This document shows, piece by piece, positions 60,526 through 64,000 of a stretch of 64,000 nt of DNA. Both the position numbers and the translations under genes were made by a program. How positions within the stretch are numbered: the first letter of the stretch is position 1; the number at the start of each line of letters is the position of its first letter. The stretch comes from a virus. A model generated the notes under the pieces. That model was given only the letters and a program-made list of their open reading frames with translations, made no database searches and was not told the origin of the DNA. The stretch lies in IMG/VR virus record IMGVR_UViG_3300026544_000001, positions 1 through 64,000 of that record; one strand, given 5' to 3'.

Positions 60526-60877
60526 TAATGTAGAATTTTATAGAGACTATAATAAGATTAATAAAGCTGTTACAGATGCTACTAACTTATTTGGTGAAAA
60601 TGTTCCTTATGTAAAAGACAGAAGAATAGAAGGTAAAGTTGTTATATTTGATAAACACTTTATTGATGGGGTAATACTTGCATTAACCAATGGCTGTATG
60701 GCTATGTTCAATGATACTGAAGCTGCGTTATTTGAGGATTTCCTCAGATCACAAGATAACTATTCATTTAGAGATATTACGTATGATAATGATGATATAC
60801 TTGTAGCACTAGATAAGTGGTTATTAAATTTAACATTAGAACTAGATAACCCGGTTATAAATAGTTGTATTAAGTAA
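60515..60877 (+). CDS. Hypothetical late protein
   Basis: ORF overlapping the end of the previous gene. Confidence 0.5.
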   Translation: MLFNNVEFYRDYNKINKAVTDATNLFGENVPYVKDRRIEGKVVIFDKHFIDGVILALTNGCMAMFNDTEAALFEDFLRSQDNYSFRDITYDNDDILVALDKWLLNLTLELDNPVINSCIK

Positions 60878-60895
60878 TAGATAAAAGGTAAATAA

Positions 60896-63800
60896 ATGGC
60901 TGATAATTTTATAGATATATTAAAGGATATTAGAGGTACAGGTACAGACATAAATGCTGTGGGTAATGCTGACAGAGCTGGGGAATTAGTTAGTCAAGAT
61001 GGTGGTGGTATATGGCAAAGGTTTAAAGATAAAGAAGCAGCTGTAACTATAACACATGCTAATGTGGTTACAATGAGTGAAACTGTTGCAACTACTCTAT
61101 ATGGTACTGAGGGAAATAACGGAGAACTTGCTAAGATAGCCACACAAGTAGCTGCAGTTAATGAGGTAAATGAAGTATTAGTAGCAGGAGACAATAATCT
61201 GTTTGATGACTTTAATACTAAGTATAGTACATTCACTAATGATGATCCGGATAACCCAGGGCTATATGAAAGACTAGTTGAGTATACAGATGTGCTTACA
61301 CATGATGGTGAAAATAAGAATATTAATCATTTAGATATAAGTGAGACTCCTGGTTCAGTTGTAGCTGTAGCTAGAGATTTAGAGGCTACTGATATAGATG
61401 GTACAGTTAGATCTGGTGATATGGCTGGGGTATCTTACATAGAGACTGTGTCTATTGATATGAATAGTGATTCTGGTATGCTTCCTACTATAGCTAATGA
61501 TATGCTAAGTACTGATAGTAAGATAGGTATTGTTAGTACTGATTTAAGTACTAATCATTATATAGAAGTAGTACATAATGATTTAACTAGCGTAGATGAA
61601 GATGGTGTAAATATTAGTAAGATAGTTAGTATAGGTACTAATATACAGAAAGGTAGTAGTTACTCTGAATTGTTAGCTACTGGTTCAGATTTACTATTAG
61701 GAGATACAAGCCATATAGTTACAGTTAGTAATGATATTGCAAATGTTGGTTATGTTAGTCAAGATTTACAAGGTAAGAAGTATGATGGTAGTGACTATGA
61801 AAGTAACATCGGAGAATCTAGAATAGAAGTACTTGGTAGCAACATACTTAAAGGTACTAATAGTGAAATGCTTATAGTTGGTGATGACTTACTTAAAGAA
61901 GAGAATAGTAACGTAGTTAAAGTATCTGATATAGTTGATGATGTTACAACAGTAGCTGGTAAAACTACAGAGATAACTGACTTAAGTCAAAATATGTACA
62001 AGATTACTAGTATATATGAAGATTTAGAAGATACACTTAAAGTAGCTGATGAATTAGATGATGTTACTATAGTAGGTAAAGATTTAGATAATAGAGATGC
62101 TAATGGCGATGTATATGAGAATGGTGAAACTTCTAGAGTAATGACAGTTAGTAGAAACTTAGCTAAAAGTACTGAAAGTGAAGTATTACTAGTTGGTACA
62201 GATTTATATAAAGATACTGATAGTAGTATTAAAATAGTAAGTAATAATATAGATAATATAAATGCTGTTAAAGATGATCTAGATAATGATGATAGTTATG
62301 TAGTAGCTGTTGGTACTGATTTAGTTAGTGATGAAAGTGAGATACGTAGATTATATACTATTAGTGATGAAGTAGTAGCTGTTAGTGGTAATAGTACTAA
62401 TATCAATATAATATCAAATGACCTACAAGATAAAGATAAAGACGGTAATGATTATGAAGAAGGTACTAGTAGGATAAAAGTTGTAGGACTTAATATTAGT
62501 AAAACGGATAGCGAGACTATAGCAGTAGGTGAAGATTTACTTAGTACTACTAGTAAGATAGTTAGTGTATATACTAATCAAGATAATATAATAAGTATAG
62601 CTGATAACTTGGCTAAAGGAGATGATAGTACTATATCAATAGTAGCTACTGACTTAAATAGAGATGATAGTAGAATATACCAAGTAGGTGTACATATTGA
62701 TAATGTTATAGTAACTTCTGATAATATTGATTCTATTGTCTCTGTAGCTACAGATTTAGATTTAGGTGATGACTCAACTGTTAAAGCGGTTAGTGATAAT
62801 ATGGAGAATGTTGTAAACGTTGGTCAAGATATTATTAGAGTTGAGAGAGTAGCACAATCTGCCGATAATGTTGATAATGTATCTGATAATATAGGTAATG
62901 TTAATATTGTTGGAGATGACTTAGCACTAGGTAACGATAGTTTAATTAAACAAGCATCTGATGCTGTTGACGATTTACAAGAAATTAAAGATAATATAGA
63001 TGACATAACTACTATCGCTGATGATCTTAATAGCAAAGATGATGATGGTAATAGTACGAGTAAGATTATAACTGTATCAGATAATATTACTAATGTAATA
63101 GCTGTAGGTAATAGTATTGGTAATATAGATACTGTTACTAAAGATCTTGATAAAATCAATAGAGTGTACGATAGTGTTGATAACGTTGATAGGGTAGAAG
63201 ATAGTATAGCTAATATAGATAGAGTATATACTAGTGCCGATGCTATTGATAGAGTTAAGCTATCTGCTGATAATGTTGATACTATTGCTGAAGATATTGA
63301 TAATATTGATGCAGTATCTGATAATGTAACTAAAATTAATACAGTAGCTGATGATATTACTAAAGTTGGTACTGTAGCAGATAGCATAGATAATGTTAAC
63401 ACTGTAAGTGATAACTTAGCTAAAGATGATAGCGAGATTAAATCTGTAGCTGGTAGTATAGATAGTGTAGAAGCTGTTGGTGCTAAGATAAGTCAAGTAA
63501 ACACTGTAAGTGATAACTTAGATGATGGTGATGATAGCACTATAAAAATAGTTAGTGACAATATTACATATGTTCAAGATGTTAGCGCACATATGGATAA
63601 TGTTAGAGACGTTAGTGATAGTACCGATAATATAGACAGTGTTGCAGCTGATGTTAACTTGGGAGATGATTCAACGATTAAAATTACAGCTAATAATATT
63701 ACTGATGTAAATACTGTAGGTACAAATATAGCTGATGTAAGTACAGTTAGCACAGATATAGCTAGTGTGAATACAACTGCTACAGATATAGGGAGTATAA

Positions 63801-64000
63801 AAACTGTTGCTAGTAATTTAGATGATGGGGATACAAGTACGGTTAAGATAGTTAGTGATAATATCTCTAACGTTGACTATGTAGGTGGAAGTATTGATAA
63901 CGTAAATATTGTAGCTGAAAATGTTGATGATGGCGATACTAGTACTATTAAGATTACTGCTGATAATATTGGTAGTGTAGCTACTGTTGGAAGTGCTATA
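60896..64000 (+). CDS. Long acidic repeat protein, probable tail fibre or appendage shaft; 3'-partial (at least 1035 codons)
   Basis: ATG GCT GAT AAT after AAAGGT. No stop seen in the spot-checked frame up to the window end. About 10-aa repeats (VSDNIGNVNI, VADDITKVGT). Not in the ORF track, presumably because no stop lies in the window. Confidence 0.75.
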   Translation, partial: MADNFIDILKDIRGTGTDINAVGNADRAGELVSQDGGGIWQRFKDKEAAVTITHANVVTMSETVATTLYGTEGNNGELAKIATQVAAVNEVNEVLVAGDNNLFDDFNTKYSTFTNDDPDNPGLYERLVEYTDVLTHDGENKNINHLDISETPGSVVAVARDLEATDIDGTVRSGDMAGVSYIETVSIDMNSDSGMLPTIANDMLSTDSKIGIVSTDLSTNHYIEVVHNDLTSVDEDGVNISKIVSIGTNIQKGSSYSELLATGSDLLLGDTSHIVTVSNDIANVGYVSQDLQGKKYDGSDYESNIGESRIEVLGSNILKGTNSEMLIVGDDLLKEENSNVVKVSDIVDDVTTVAGKTTEITDLSQNMYKITSIYEDLEDTLKVADELDDVTIVGKDLDNRDANGDVYENGETSRVMTVSRNLAKSTESEVLLVGTDLYKDTDSSIKIVSNNIDNINAVKDDLDNDDSYVVAVGTDLVSDESEIRRLYTISDEVVAVSGNSTNINIISNDLQDKDKDGNDYEEGTSRIKVVGLNISKTDSETIAVGEDLLSTTSKIVSVYTNQDNIISIADNLAKGDDSTISIVATDLNRDDSRIYQVGVHIDNVIVTSDNIDSIVSVATDLDLGDDSTVKAVSDNMENVVNVGQDIIRVERVAQSADNVDNVSDNIGNVNIVGDDLALGNDSLIKQASDAVDDLQEIKDNIDDITTIADDLNSKDDDGNSTSKIITVSDNITNVIAVGNSIGNIDTVTKDLDKINRVYDSVDNVDRVEDSIANIDRVYTSADAIDRVKLSADNVDTIAEDIDNIDAVSDNVTKINTVADDITKVGTVADSIDNVNTVSDNLAKDDSEIKSVAGSIDSVEAVGAKISQVNTVSDNLDDGDDSTIKIVSDNITYVQDVSAHMDNVRDVSDSTDNIDSVAADVNLGDDSTIKITANNITDVNTVGTNIADVSTVSTDIASVNTTATDIGSIKTVASNLDDGDTSTVKIVSDNISNVDYVGGSIDNVNIVAENVDDGDTSTIKITADNIGSVATVGSAI

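Noticed and set aside
62820-64000. 30-bp periodic DNA suggesting a non-coding repeat array
   Set aside because: Explained by the 10-aa protein repeats of the + strand ORF.
1-64000. Prophage or host chromosomal sequence
   Set aside because: No integrase, repressor module or host housekeeping block was seen; gene order matches a lytic N4-like phage throughout.

Overview
This 64 kb, AT-rich window is a large part of a lytic N4-like (Schitoviridae-type) phage genome, joined across its probable termini near 57.0-57.3 kb. The minus strand (about 57,000 to 10,560) carries early and middle genes: a compact T7-family RNA polymerase, many small accessory ORFs, a lysozyme, tRNA-Lys, a MoxR-AAA/VWA pair, DNA ligase, an intein-bearing SF2 helicase, a split family-A DNA polymerase, primase, AAA ATPase, SSB, a UvrD-like helicase, HU, ThyX, NrdA (mini-intein)/NrdB and a MazG-like protein. 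The plus strand carries late genes: terminase subunits, a very acidic repeat fibre running off the right edge and, at the left edge, a virion RNA polymerase split into two genes. Promoter style (TTAAG-N11-TATAAT) and AAGGA ribosome-binding sites suggest a Campylobacterota host (inference). The most unusual signals are: (1) three wHTH/Rep-like gene cassettes, each with its own palindromic sites at 31-33 bp spacing plus a shared motif, one bounded by a perfect 29-bp direct repeat; (2) a split virion RNAP with cysteines at the junction and an SNase-like N-terminal domain; (3) three long structured non-coding elements at 31.5-32.0 kb; (4) a repeated non-hairpin early promoter motif. All family assignments come from motif recognition by eye; no database searches were run.
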